Position numbers and translations under genes: made by a program. DNA of 64,000 nt from an uncultured Chloroflexia bacterium (GTDB lineage: Bacteria; Chloroflexota; Limnocylindria; QHBO01). The stretch covers positions 1,824,001 to 1,888,000 of the forward strand of contig CAWGTN010000002.1 in NCBI GenBank assembly GCA_963825525.1. The letters run 5' to 3'. Under the pieces are notes generated by a model. The model was not told where the DNA came from, did not search any database, and saw only the letters and a program-made list of their open reading frames with translations. This document shows positions 45,387 through 55,224 of the stretch, one piece after another; position 1 is the stretch's first letter; each line of letters begins with the position of its first letter.

Positions 45387-45415
45387 ACTGTAGGCCGCGG
45401 CGTTCCGCGTGTCAA
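45387..45415 (-). promoter_or_regulatory. Sigma70-type promoter TTGACA-N17-TACAGT
   Basis: Near-consensus boxes and spacing. Confidence 0.8.
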
Positions 45416-45467
45416 CCGGTCGGCGGGGTGCCCGGGTCGGCGGTGGGACGGCGGGCTGGTTCGGGGG

Positions 45468-45596
45468 TGGGAGTAACGGCCAGGCAGTGGCCGAAATTGC
45501 CTCGCGCCTGGGAGGTGGGGCCACGCAGGGCCGTCTTGCTTGGCTTTCGGTCCCACCCCGGAGGCCAATTTGGCCAATGAGTGGCCGTTGCTCCCA
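45468..45596. repeat. Long imperfect inverted repeat (foldback element)
   Basis: TGGGAGTAACGGCCA/TGGCCGTTGCTCCCA plus two nested stems. Confidence 0.65.
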
Positions 45597-45671
45597 ACGG
45601 GGGACGAACGCCAGCGGCAGTCCCATTCGACCTTCAATCCGGTGGCACAGCACTCGCACACGGAAGAGCGC

Positions 45672-46388
45672 TCAGCGGCCGAGGCGATCAGCATCCGCGG
45701 TGGATAGCGCCGTCCGGCCGCCGTCCACGGTCCAGACCGCCCCGGTGACGTAGCTCGCCGCCGGGCTCACCAGGAAGCCGATGACGTCGGCGACCTCATC
45801 GGCGGTCCCCATCCGACCGAGCGGCACATCGGTCCGGTGGTCGGCGGGGAGCAGACGCTCGTCGAAGTCGGTCGCGATGGCACCCGGCGCCACGACATTG
45901 ACGCGAACGCCGTCCGGCGCGCTGATGACGGCGAACGAGCGGGCCAGCCCCTCGAGCCCGGCCTTGGCGGCGGCGTAGGCTGGGGAGCGCAGCGAGCCCT
46001 CGACCGCACCCACGATGCTCCCTACCAGCACCACCGATCCCCGGGCCGAGACAAGGGCCGGCATGCACGCATTGAGCGCCTCGAAAGGAGCCGTGAGGTC
46101 CACCGCCAGGACCTCGTTCCAGTGCTCCCGGCTGTCCCACGGACCGGACGGCGGGACCCCCGCCGAGCAGACGAGCGCGTCGAGCGAACCCCCGCACGCT
46201 TCAAGTGCGCGAGACAGCACGGACGCATCGGCGGCATCGCCGGTGAGAAGCGTGAACGCTTTGAGGTCAGCGGTCTCCCGATCGATGCCCACGACCCGCC
46301 AGCCATCGGCAGCAAGGAGCTCGGCCGTTGCGCGGCCGATGCCGGCGGCGGCGCCGGTGACGATTGCGGTGCGGGATCCATCGGTCAT
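45672..46388 (-). CDS. SDR family oxidoreductase
   Basis: TGAAAGIG, YAAAK, TGAVWTVDGG. Confidence 0.85.
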   Translation of the reverse strand: MTDGSRTAIVTGAAAGIGRATAELLAADGWRVVGIDRETADLKAFTLLTGDAADASVLSRALEACGGSLDALVCSAGVPPSGPWDSREHWNEVLAVDLTAPFEALNACMPALVSARGSVVLVGSIVGAVEGSLRSPAYAAAKAGLEGLARSFAVISAPDGVRVNVVAPGAIATDFDERLLPADHRTDVPLGRMGTADEVADVIGFLVSPAASYVTGAVWTVDGGRTALSTADADRLGR

Positions 46389-46488
46389 TGCCGCGCCATG
46401 GTGACGGATCGGGTCAACCGGCGTGCTGGCGATACCTCGCCTTGACGCATGGAGCGCGACACACCTAGCATGCGGCTCCAACTTCAGA

Positions 46489-46738
46489 CGGCAACGACCG
46501 GGACGAGTAGCCGGTTGCACGGTCAGAAGAGCGAGCCGGGATGGTGGAAGCCGGCGTGACACGGCATCGGTGAATGGACCCGCGAGCCTCGCTCCGAATG
46601 GGCACGACGCCCGGTAGGCAGCGACGGGACCGGCCACCGTTACCATCGGCCTCGAACGAGCGCGGACCCGACCGGGTCCGAACCAAGGGTGGCACCGCGG
46701 AATAGAGCCTCCGTCCCTGATCCGGATGGAGGCTTTGT
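46489..46738 (+). ncRNA. T-box riboswitch, Trp specifier
   Basis: Stem I motifs (AGTAG, GGTGGAA, GAA-TGG specifier at 46575), T-box AAGGGTGGCACCGCG at 46685-46699, terminator 46704-46738; promoter TTGACG-N18-TAGCAT. Confidence 0.9.
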
Positions 46739-46760
46739 CGTACGCCACAGCAGGAACCCG

Positions 46761-48122
46761 ATGACCATCGCAACCCCGGCACGCGTCACCAGCATCGAGC
46801 TGGCCGCGGACACGCTGACTCCCGTCGCCGCCGCGCTGCGTCTCGGGTCGCGCTGCGCGTTCCTCCTCGAGAGCGTGGAGGGCGGCGCGCGCTACGGGCG
46901 CTACTCGATCGCCGGCGTCCATGGCCGGACCCTGGTGGTCCAGCCGGGCGATGGAGATCCGCTCGAGGTCCTGCGCGCCGAGCTCCCGGACGTCACCCCC
47001 TCGGTCGGCGACCCGGCCTTCCCACTCGCCTCGGGGGTCGGCTACCTCGCCTACGAGGCCACCTCCCACTGGGAGCGGCTGCCGTCGCCCTCGAGCGACC
47101 CGCTCGCCATGCCGGACGCGGTGTTCCACGTGCCGTCGTCGGTCATCGTCTTCGATCACCTTGCCCAGGTGGCCCGCGTCGCAACCCTGGACGGGCCCGG
47201 GGCCGATGAGCGCCTGGCCGATGTCGTGCGCGCGCTGGCAACGCCGGCCCAGGGCGAGGTGCCCGCGCCATTCGCTGCGGCCGTCGTGCCGGTCGAGACG
47301 GACCCGGCGGCACGGGCCGCCTACGAGCGCGGGGTGGCGCGGCTGGTTGACGAGATCCACGCCGGCGAGATGCTGCAGACCGTCCTGGCACGACGCTTCT
47401 CGGTGCCCACGGATCGCACCGCGCTCGACATCTACCGATCGCTGCGACGCGTCAACCCGTCGCCGTACCTGTACTACCTCGACCTTGCGGTGGTGTCGCC
47501 GGGCGCCGCGGTTGTCGGAGCCTCGCCCGAGCTGCTGGTCCGGGTGCGCGACGGTGATGTGGTCACTCGGCCCATTGCCGGCACCCGACGTCGCGACGAC
47601 GATCCGGCCGTCGACGCCGCGCTCGAGGCCGAGCTGCGAGTGGATCCGAAGGAGCTGGCGGAGCACGCCATGCTCGTGGACCTGGCCCGTAACGATGTCG
47701 GCCGGGTGGCGGCCGCCGGGAGCGTCGAGGTCACCATCCTTCGCGACGTCGAGCGCTACGCCCACGTCATGCACCTCGTGTCGGAGGTTCGCGGCCGATT
47801 GGCGGACCGCCTCGACGCATTCGATGCCGTCCGTTCCGTCTTCCCCGCCGGCACCGTGAGCGGTGCCCCGAAAGTGCGCGCCATGGAGGCCATCGCCGAG
47901 CTCGAAGGGGAGCGGCGCGGCCCGTACGGCGGCGCGGTCGGCTACTTCTCGCCCACCGACGTTGAATGTGCGATCACCATTCGCAGCGCCCTGATCCGCG
48001 ACGGGGTGGCGACGGTCCATGCCGGGGCCGGGATCGTGGCGGACTCGGTTCCGGATCGGGAGGCGGCCGAGGTGGCGGCCAAGGCGGCCTCGATGCTGGC
48101 GGCCATCGGCGGTCCATCGTGA
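46761..48122 (+). CDS. trpE: Anthranilate synthase component I
   Basis: FLLES, NPSPY, SPE, PIAGTR, EHAMLVDLARND, PAGTVSGAPK. Confidence 0.9.
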   Translation: MTIATPARVTSIELAADTLTPVAAALRLGSRCAFLLESVEGGARYGRYSIAGVHGRTLVVQPGDGDPLEVLRAELPDVTPSVGDPAFPLASGVGYLAYEATSHWERLPSPSSDPLAMPDAVFHVPSSVIVFDHLAQVARVATLDGPGADERLADVVRALATPAQGEVPAPFAAAVVPVETDPAARAAYERGVARLVDEIHAGEMLQTVLARRFSVPTDRTALDIYRSLRRVNPSPYLYYLDLAVVSPGAAVVGASPELLVRVRDGDVVTRPIAGTRRRDDDPAVDAALEAELRVDPKELAEHAMLVDLARNDVGRVAAAGSVEVTILRDVERYAHVMHLVSEVRGRLADRLDAFDAVRSVFPAGTVSGAPKVRAMEAIAELEGERRGPYGGAVGYFSPTDVECAITIRSALIRDGVATVHAGAGIVADSVPDREAAEVAAKAASMLAAIGGPS

Positions 48123-48704
48123 AGGTCTTCCTGCTCGATAACTACGACTCCTTCACCTACAACCTCGTCCAGCTGCTGGCCCGCATCGGCGCCGATGTCA
48201 GCGTCGCGCGCAACGACCAGGTCACCGTGGCCGAGGTGGACGAGATGGCGCCCGACGCCGTCGTCATCTCGCCGGGGCCGTCATTGCCGGAGCGGGCGGG
48301 GATCAGCGTGGAGCTCGTGCAGCGGCTCGGGCCGACAATCCCGACGCTCGGCGTGTGCCTGGGGCACCAGGCCATCGGCGTCGCGTACGGCGCGACCGTC
48401 GATTCGCGTCCCGCCGGTCCACGGCAAGGCCTGGCCGGTGCATCACGCCGGATCAGCGTCGTTCGAGGGTCTCGCCTCTCCATTCGACGCGGCCCGCTAC
48501 CACTCGCTGGCGGTGGCGCGCGACGGGCTGCCGGGCGAGCTCGAGGTCACCGCCTGGTCCGATGACGGCGTGATCATGGGAATGCGCCATCGCGTCCACC
48601 CGGTGGAGGGATTCCAGTTCCACCCCGAATCGATTCTGACCGATGACGGGGAGGCGCTGGTGGCGGGATTCCTGCGGCGGGCTGCCGGCGTGCCGGCACG
48701 CTAG
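48119..48704 (+). CDS. trpG: Anthranilate synthase component II (frameshift near 48403)
   Basis: DNYDSFTYNL, SPGP, GVCLGHQ, RYHSL, QFHPES. Confidence 0.9.
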
Positions 48705-49370
48705 ATGACGAGCGCAGAGCCCATTTCCAGCGCGATTCGCCTCCGATTCGCCGATGAGCCCGGGGCACTGGTCGAGATCGTGACCGCGATTGCCGCGGCG
48801 GGCGGACGGCTTCGGACGCTCTCGACGCCCCGCGTGGTCGACGCGGTCGCCGAGGCCGAGCTCGAGGTGATCGGGCTGGACGAGGCCGGGCTGTCGGCCG
48901 CACTGGCCGAGGTCGCCGTGATCGAGTCCCGCGAGCCGACGCGGATCCTCGACCGGGTGTTCGGCAAGCGTGTGATCGTCATCGGCGGCGGCGCGCAGGT
49001 CGCGCAGGTGGCCCTCGGCGCCGTCTCGGAGGCCGATCGCCACAACCTGCGCGGCGAGCGCATCAGCGTCGACACCATCGCGCTGGTGGGGGAGGAGGCG
49101 ATCGCCGCGGCGGTGCGCGCGGTGGCGGACCTGCCGCGGGCCCGATGCCTGGTGCTCGCCGGGGCCATCATGGGCGGCCAGATCACCGCGGCGGTCCGCG
49201 AGCTGCGCGAGCACGGCGTGCCGGTCATCGCACTGAACATGGCCGGGTCGGTGCCCGATGCGGCCGACCTCGTGGTGTCAGACCCGGTCCAGGCTGGCAC
49301 CATGGCGGTCATGGCCATCGCCGACACCGCCCAGTTCGACCTCGCCCGCCAGCGCGGCCGCCGCTACTGA
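48705..49370 (+). CDS. ACT-like plus DUF5612 domain protein (MJ1458/AF1403-like)
   Basis: [36 protein letters not shown]...[12 protein letters not shown] signature. Confidence 0.7.
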   Translation: MTSAEPISSAIRLRFADEPGALVEIVTAIAAAGGRLRTLSTPRVVDAVAEAELEVIGLDEAGLSAALAEVAVIESREPTRILDRVFGKRVIVIGGGAQVAQVALGAVSEADRHNLRGERISVDTIALVGEEAIAAAVRAVADLPRARCLVLAGAIMGGQITAAVRELREHGVPVIALNMAGSVPDAADLVVSDPVQAGTMAVMAIADTAQFDLARQRGRRY

Positions 49371-49399
49371 ACCGTGAGGCGGCTACCATCGGCCTAGAC

Positions 49400-50083
49400 A
49401 TGTGTGGTCGATTCAGCCAGGGCGAGCCGTCGCATCGGATCAGCGACTATTTCGGCGCATATCCCGACGAGGACCTGCCCGATGGGCTCTACAACGTCCC
49501 GCCGACCGAGACGATCCGGATGGTCGTCCAGCGCGATGACGAGCGTCGCCTGGTCGCCGCGCGATGGGGATTTCGACCCTTCTGGGCCGATGCCAGCGGG
49601 CCGGGCGCGAAGTCATGGATCAACGCCCGATCCGAGGCGGCGTGGGACTCGCCGGCGTTCAGTCGCTCGCTCCGAGGTCGCCGCTGCATCGTGCCCGCTG
49701 ACGCGTTCTACGAGTGGGATCGCAGCACGTCACCGCGCCAGCCCTATGCCATCGGGCCGGCCGCCGGGGACGAGATGCTGGCGCTCGCCGCCATCTTCAG
49801 CCCGATTCACGACGAGCTGCCCACCACGGCCGTGCTGACCACGGCACCCAATCGGCTGCTCGCTCCGATCCACAACCGGATGCCGGTGATCCTTGGACGG
49901 GACGCGTTCGACGCCTGGCTCGATCCGGATGCGGACCTCGGGATCATCGCGTCGCTGCTGCGTCCCGCGGATGACGATGTCCTTCGCATGTGGCCCGTGA
50001 GCACTGCGGTCAATCGGGTTGCTGCGGACGGCCCCGATCTGCTGCGGCCGGTCGAGTTGGCGCCGACGCTCGGGTTGGCCTAG
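49400..50083 (+). CDS. SOS response-associated peptidase (SRAP/YedK family)
   Basis: MCGRF, INARSE, FYEW, IHNRMPVIL. Confidence 0.9.
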   Translation: MCGRFSQGEPSHRISDYFGAYPDEDLPDGLYNVPPTETIRMVVQRDDERRLVAARWGFRPFWADASGPGAKSWINARSEAAWDSPAFSRSLRGRRCIVPADAFYEWDRSTSPRQPYAIGPAAGDEMLALAAIFSPIHDELPTTAVLTTAPNRLLAPIHNRMPVILGRDAFDAWLDPDADLGIIASLLRPADDDVLRMWPVSTAVNRVAADGPDLLRPVELAPTLGLA

Positions 50084-50086
50084 GCC

Positions 50087-50671
50087 TCAGTCGCGACGCC
50101 GGTCGCCCGCCAGCCTCCAGGCCGCCGGAAGCAGGCCCGCGGCGATCATGATCTTCAGGGCGTCGCCCATGAGGAACGGCGTCACGCCCATGCCGATCGC
50201 GGCCGGCAGGTCCACGCCAAGCGAGACGGCCAGCCAGCTGACGCCCAGGGCGTAGATCAGCAGGTTCCCAGCGACCATCAGGCCCGCAGTCCCCACAAAG
50301 GTTCGGTCGGCCCCGCGGCGCGCGAACGCCCCGACGACGACTGCCGCCACGATGAACCCGACGATGTAGCCGAACGACGCGAACTCCCACCCCGAGCGCT
50401 GCTCGCTGAACCACGGGACGCCGAGCGTGCCAGCCACGAGGTACAGGCCCATCGCCGCGCCGCCCCGCATCGGCCCGAGCGCGGCACCGGCCAACAGGAC
50501 GGTCAGCGTCTGCAGGCTCAACGGGACGGGCGTGAAGGGAAGCGGAACGGCGATCTGCGCGGCGATGCCGGTGAGCGCCGCCGCGCCCGCGATCAATGCC
50601 AGGTCGCGGACGAGGTTGCCGGGGAGCAGATCGGCCAGGACGCGGGGGCGGGCGGCTGCCTGTGCTGTCAT
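50087..50671 (-). CDS. bioY: Biotin transporter BioY
   Basis: PFTPVPLSLQT, GYIVGF, PFLMGD.LK. Confidence 0.9.
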   Translation of the reverse strand: MTAQAAARPRVLADLLPGNLVRDLALIAGAAALTGIAAQIAVPLPFTPVPLSLQTLTVLLAGAALGPMRGGAAMGLYLVAGTLGVPWFSEQRSGWEFASFGYIVGFIVAAVVVGAFARRGADRTFVGTAGLMVAGNLLIYALGVSWLAVSLGVDLPAAIGMGVTPFLMGDALKIMIAAGLLPAAWRLAGDRRRD

Positions 50672-50695
50672 GGCGCGCAGCCTAGCATCGGCGCG

Positions 50696-51719
50696 TCAGA
50701 GCGCGAGGGTCGCCGCCGCCGCGAGGGCCGAGCCGCGCGCGCCGGCCATGTCGCGGTCCGGCACGAGCACGAATTGCGCGATGGCCGCCTGCTCCTCCCG
50801 CAGCTGGGTGTGTTCGCGGACGCGGCCGAGAAACCACTCGCCGAAGTGCGGCGCCGCCTCCACCACGCCGCCGCCCACGAAGTAGACCGCCGGGTCGCTG
50901 TAGTTGGCCGCGATCGTGAAGAGCCGGCCGAGCGCGGCGGCCTGCTGGTCGAACAGGGCGAGCGCCATCTCGTCGCCGTCGACGCCGTAGCCGCGGACCG
51001 CCTTGGCGGCATCGGCCGGCGGCATGACCGCCAGGGGATGGTCGGGATACCGGCTCAGCCAGTAGGGGAGCAGGTTGCGAACGATCCCGGTCAGCGAGGC
51101 GATGCTCTCGACGTCGCCGGGGTTGCCGCAGCCGCAGATCGGCATCGGCTGGTCGTCGGCCAGGATGCCGTCCGTTGCGATCCGCACGTGCCCGAGCTCG
51201 CCGGCCATCCCGGACGCGCCCCGAACGACGTGCCCCGCCTCGATGACCCCGCCGCCGAGCCCGGTGCCGACGATGGCCGACACCGACGAGCTGGTCGAGG
51301 CGGCCGCGCCCAGCAGAACGTGATGCGCGTACAGGGCGGCCGCGTTGCCGTCATTGTTGTAGGTGACTGGCAGGCCGATGCGCTCCTCGAGCGCCGGCGC
51401 GCACGTCGTACCCCCACCATGCCGGCTGCGCGAAGTTCGTGGCGCCCTTCACGCTGATCACGCCATCCGCGCTCGCGGGGCCGGGCGTGTCGAGCCCGAC
51501 GGCCGCGACACGGTCGCGGCCGATGCCCGGTCTCGCGCAGGACGAGTTCCATGGTCTCGGCCATGGCCTCGATCGCCGATGCGGGCCCCTCGCCACGCGG
51601 CTCGGAATCTCGTACATGCGGTCGACGAGGAATCGGCCCGACGCGTCGAGGACGGTGGCGTTGTTCTTCGTCGCGCCGTTGTCGATCCCGACCACGACGC
51701 GCTCACTTGGGCTGGGCAT
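50696..51719 (-). CDS. ROK family protein (several frameshifts)
   Basis: GIDNGAT, GLDTPGP, NNDGNAAA, GTGLGGG, GELGH, CGCG. Confidence 0.8.
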
Positions 51720-51754
51720 CCCGCTCATCCTAGTGGCGCGCGCTCGGCTCGGGT

Positions 51755-51954
51755 CGCCTTCGGCCTCGATAGATGACTGGATTTCGCACGGGAGGTGCTG
51801 ACGGTGCGCGGTTCCCGCGATCTATCGAGGGGGTGGGAGCGTGAGAGGCGCGGCCACGGGCAGCTCGTGCGGCGGGGCCATCGATACATCGCGGGTTTGA
51901 CACCTGCGGCAGCTTTCCCGTGAACCTCCCTCGATATATCGAGCTCCCAAGGTG
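51755..51954. repeat. About 200-nt multi-stem foldback containing four TCGATANAT motifs
   Basis: Nested pairings CTCGATAGAT/ATATATCGAG, CACGGGA/TCCCGTG, CCCGCGATCTATCGA/TCGATACATCGCGGG. Confidence 0.65.
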
Positions 51955-51983
51955 GCACGCCACCGGCCCGCTACGATTCGATC

Positions 51984-53349
51984 ATGAGCCCCGACGTCCT
52001 GCTGACAACCCTGCGCGACATCGTCGGCGAACGACACTGCCTCGTCGACCCGTCGCTGCGAGCCTCGTACGAGACCGACTGGACGCGCCGATTCCATGGC
52101 GAGGCCGTCGCCGTGGTGAGGCCCGGCACCGTGAGCGAGGTGGCGGGCATCCTGGTCGCGTGCGGCAGGGCCGGCGTCGGGGTGGTGCCCCAGGGCGGCA
52201 ACACCGGGCTGGTCGGCGGCTCGGTGCCGCGCGGTGGCGAGGTCGTCATGAGCATGCGTCGGCTCAACCAGATCACCGATCTTGATGCCGATGCCGGTGA
52301 GATGACCGCCGGGTCGGGCGTCACCCTGGCCGACGCGCAGACCGCCGCCCGGGCTGCCGGCTGGGACGTGGGAATCGACCTCGGAGCGCGAGATTCGGCG
52401 ACGATCGGCGGCCTGGTTGCCACCAATGCGGGCGGCGTCAATGTTGTGCGCCATGGGCCGATGCGGGCGCAGATGCTGGGGTTCGAGGCGGTCCGCGCGG
52501 ACGGCACGGTCCTGGAGCGGATGCCGGGCATGCCCAAGGACAACACCGGCTACGACCTCGGTTCGCTGCTCGCAGGATCGGAGGGCACCCTGGCGGTGAT
52601 CACCCGGGTCCGACTGCGTCTCGTGCCACCTCTGCGACAGCGCGCAGTCTGCGTGCTCGGGTTCGACGACCCGAGCAGCGCCGTTGCCGCGGCCGCCGTG
52701 CTGCGCCGGACGCTGGCATCGGTCCTTGCGCTGGAGCTGTTCACGGATGCCGGCCTGGATCTCGTCATGCGCCACGCCGCGGTGGCGCCGCCCTTCACGC
52801 CGCGCACCCCGATCTACCTGCTCGTCGAAGTCGCATCCGATGATGTTGATCCGACGGAGGGCCTCCTCTCCGCCATCGGGTCACTCGGGCGCGCTGAGGG
52901 TCCCGCGGCGATCGCGAGCGACGAGGCCGGACGGCATCGGCTCTGGCAGCTTCGGGAGAGGCACACGGAGGTCATCAACGCGGAGGGCGTGCCCCACAAG
53001 CTGGACGTGTCGGTGCCGATGGCGCGCTACGCCGAGCTGGTTGCGCGGGCGCCCGAGGTCGTCCGGGCCGTTGACCCCTCGGCTCGCACGATCGTGTACG
53101 GACACGTCGGCGACGGAAATCTGCACGTGAACATCCTGGGACCTGAGGTCGACGATGCGGCGACCGATGATGCCGTCCTGGAGTTCGTGGTGAGCCTGCG
53201 AGGCAGCGTGAGCGCGGAGCATGGCATCGGCATCGCCAAGGTGGGATGGCTGGTGCGGGATCGCGGCGAGGATGCACGTCGCCGCCATGCGCGCCATCAA
53301 GGCAGCCTGGGACCCGGCCGGCATCCTCAACCCGGGCGTCCTGTTCTGA
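51984..53349 (+). CDS. FAD-binding oxidoreductase (D-lactate/D-2-hydroxyacid dehydrogenase-like); frameshift near 53277
   Basis: PQGGNTG, TIGG...TNAGG, GSEGTL, HVGDGNLH, AEHGIG, ILNPG. Confidence 0.85.
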
Positions 53350-53389
53350 CCGCGGTCGTCATCGGCGGCCGAGCGGCTAGCATCGACGC

Positions 53390-54190
53390 ATGACGAACTT
53401 CCTCGAGACGAACGGTGCTCGCATCGCCTACGACGCCACCGGCACCGGTGACCCCGTGGTGCTCATCCACGCCGGCGTGGCCAACCGAAGCATGTGGGAT
53501 GCGCAGGTCGAGGCGCTGCAGGGCGGCTACCGCGTCATCCGCCACGACACGCGCGGATTCGGCGAGACCGAGACCGATGCGGTCGCGTTCAGCAACCGCG
53601 CTGATGTGGCTGCCCTCCTCGACGAGCTGGGCGTCGACCGCGCGCACGTGGTGGGGCTCTCGCGCGGCGGAGCGATCGCCCTGGACTTCGCGCTCGAGTA
53701 CCCCGACCGGGTACGCTCGCTCACCGTGGTGGCAGGTGGAGTGAGCGGTTACGAATCGCCCGCCGAGCCGGCCCCCGAGACGTGGGAAGCGCCCGAGGCC
53801 ATGGAAGAGGCCAGGGATTGGCATGGCCTGTCCGAGTGGGAGACGGCGTACTGGGCCGATGGGCCGGGACAGCCGGTGGATCGGGTCCCCGACATCCGAC
53901 GCCAGGTGCATGAGTGGGTCCTCACGACGTATCTTGCCGAGAAGCAGGAGGGAGTGCCGCAACCGCTCGACCCGCCGGCTGCCGGCCGCCTGGCCGAGCT
54001 GCGGGTGCCACTGCTCGTGGTGCTCGGCACGCTGGATGATCCGGGCACCACCGAGTCGATGCGTCACCTGGCCGCCGCGGTTCCGGGCGCCCGCCTGGAG
54101 GAGTTCCCCACCGCGCACATGGTCAACCTGGAGGAGCCGATGCGATTCAACGCCGTGCTCCGCACGTTCCTCGACTCAACCCACGGTTGA
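53390..54190 (+). CDS. Alpha/beta fold hydrolase
   Basis: GLSRGG, GTLD, AHMVN. Confidence 0.85.
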   Translation: MTNFLETNGARIAYDATGTGDPVVLIHAGVANRSMWDAQVEALQGGYRVIRHDTRGFGETETDAVAFSNRADVAALLDELGVDRAHVVGLSRGGAIALDFALEYPDRVRSLTVVAGGVSGYESPAEPAPETWEAPEAMEEARDWHGLSEWETAYWADGPGQPVDRVPDIRRQVHEWVLTTYLAEKQEGVPQPLDPPAAGRLAELRVPLLVVLGTLDDPGTTESMRHLAAAVPGARLEEFPTAHMVNLEEPMRFNAVLRTFLDSTHG

Positions 54191-54200
54191 GCGCGCCCGG

Positions 54201-55217
54201 GTGAGCGAGCTTGACGATCTCCTCGCCGCGGCCGCGAGCGCACGCGAGGGGGGAGAGGCCTTCGCCCTCGCAACGGTGGTCTCGGTCCGCGGCTCGTCGT
54301 ATCGGCGGCCGGGAGCCCGACTCCTTGTGCCGGCGGAGGGACGCCCGGTGGGGCTCATCTCGGGTGGTTGCCTCGAGGACGAGGCGGCCCGCCTGGCGCG
54401 CGCCGCACTCCGCGACGGCGAGCCGATCCTCGTCACCGTCGACCACTCGGCCGAGGGTGACGAGCTGTGGGGCAGCGGCCTTGGATGCCGCGGCGTGATC
54501 GAGCTCCTGGCGGAGCCCCCGATCATGGCCGCCGATACGCTCGAAGCACTGCGTTCGGCGCGCGATGGGACTCCGAGCTATCTCCTCACCGAGCTCGGCG
54601 GCGATCGCCGCCGGCTGACCGAAGGCGAGGCCGTGGCGCTCGGTGAGCGGGCATCGGCGGCAGTGGCGCACGGCCGGCCGGTGCTCATCGGCGAGACGGT
54701 CCTCGACCCGATCCTTCCGCCACTGCACCTCGTCATCTGCGGGGCCGGTCCGGACGCCGCGCCCCTTGCCGCGGCCGGCAGTCGGATGGGCTGGCGAGTG
54801 AGCGTGGTCGATCCACGCCGCAGCCTGCTGCGATCCGGAGCCTTCGGCGGCGCGGAGCTGATCGACGCCGAGCCGGCAGCGGCGGCTGGAGTGGTCGACG
54901 CCGATCAATGGACGGCGGTCGTCCTCATGAGCCACGACTACCTGCGCGACACCGCGTTCCTCGAGGGGTTCCTGGCCCGCGGCGTCGGCTACCTCGGCGT
55001 GCTGGGACCGCGCGAGCGCACCGACCGCATGCTCCAGGAGCTGGGACGCGTCCTGACGGACCCCGAGCGCAGGATCGTGCATGCGCCGGCGGGCCTTGAC
55101 ATCGGGGCCGATGGAGCCGAGGAGGTCGCGACGGCGATCACGGCCGAGATCCTTTCCGTCCTGCGCGGCGGCTCCGGCGTCCCGTTGCGCGATCGGCCCG
55201 GCCCGATCCACGGATGA
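54201..55217 (+). CDS. xdhC: XdhC/CoxI family Moco insertion chaperone
   Basis: GSSYRRPGA, SGGCLE, GLGCRG, MSH, PAGLDIG. Confidence 0.85.
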   Translation: MSELDDLLAAAASAREGGEAFALATVVSVRGSSYRRPGARLLVPAEGRPVGLISGGCLEDEAARLARAALRDGEPILVTVDHSAEGDELWGSGLGCRGVIELLAEPPIMAADTLEALRSARDGTPSYLLTELGGDRRRLTEGEAVALGERASAAVAHGRPVLIGETVLDPILPPLHLVICGAGPDAAPLAAAGSRMGWRVSVVDPRRSLLRSGAFGGAELIDAEPAAAAGVVDADQWTAVVLMSHDYLRDTAFLEGFLARGVGYLGVLGPRERTDRMLQELGRVLTDPERRIVHAPAGLDIGADGAEEVATAITAEILSVLRGGSGVPLRDRPGPIHG

Positions 55218-55224
55218 GGGTCGG

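Noticed and set aside
45381-45400. CCGCGG arms flanking the aro -10 box as an operator
   Set aside because: 6-bp all-GC arms are expected by chance at this GC content
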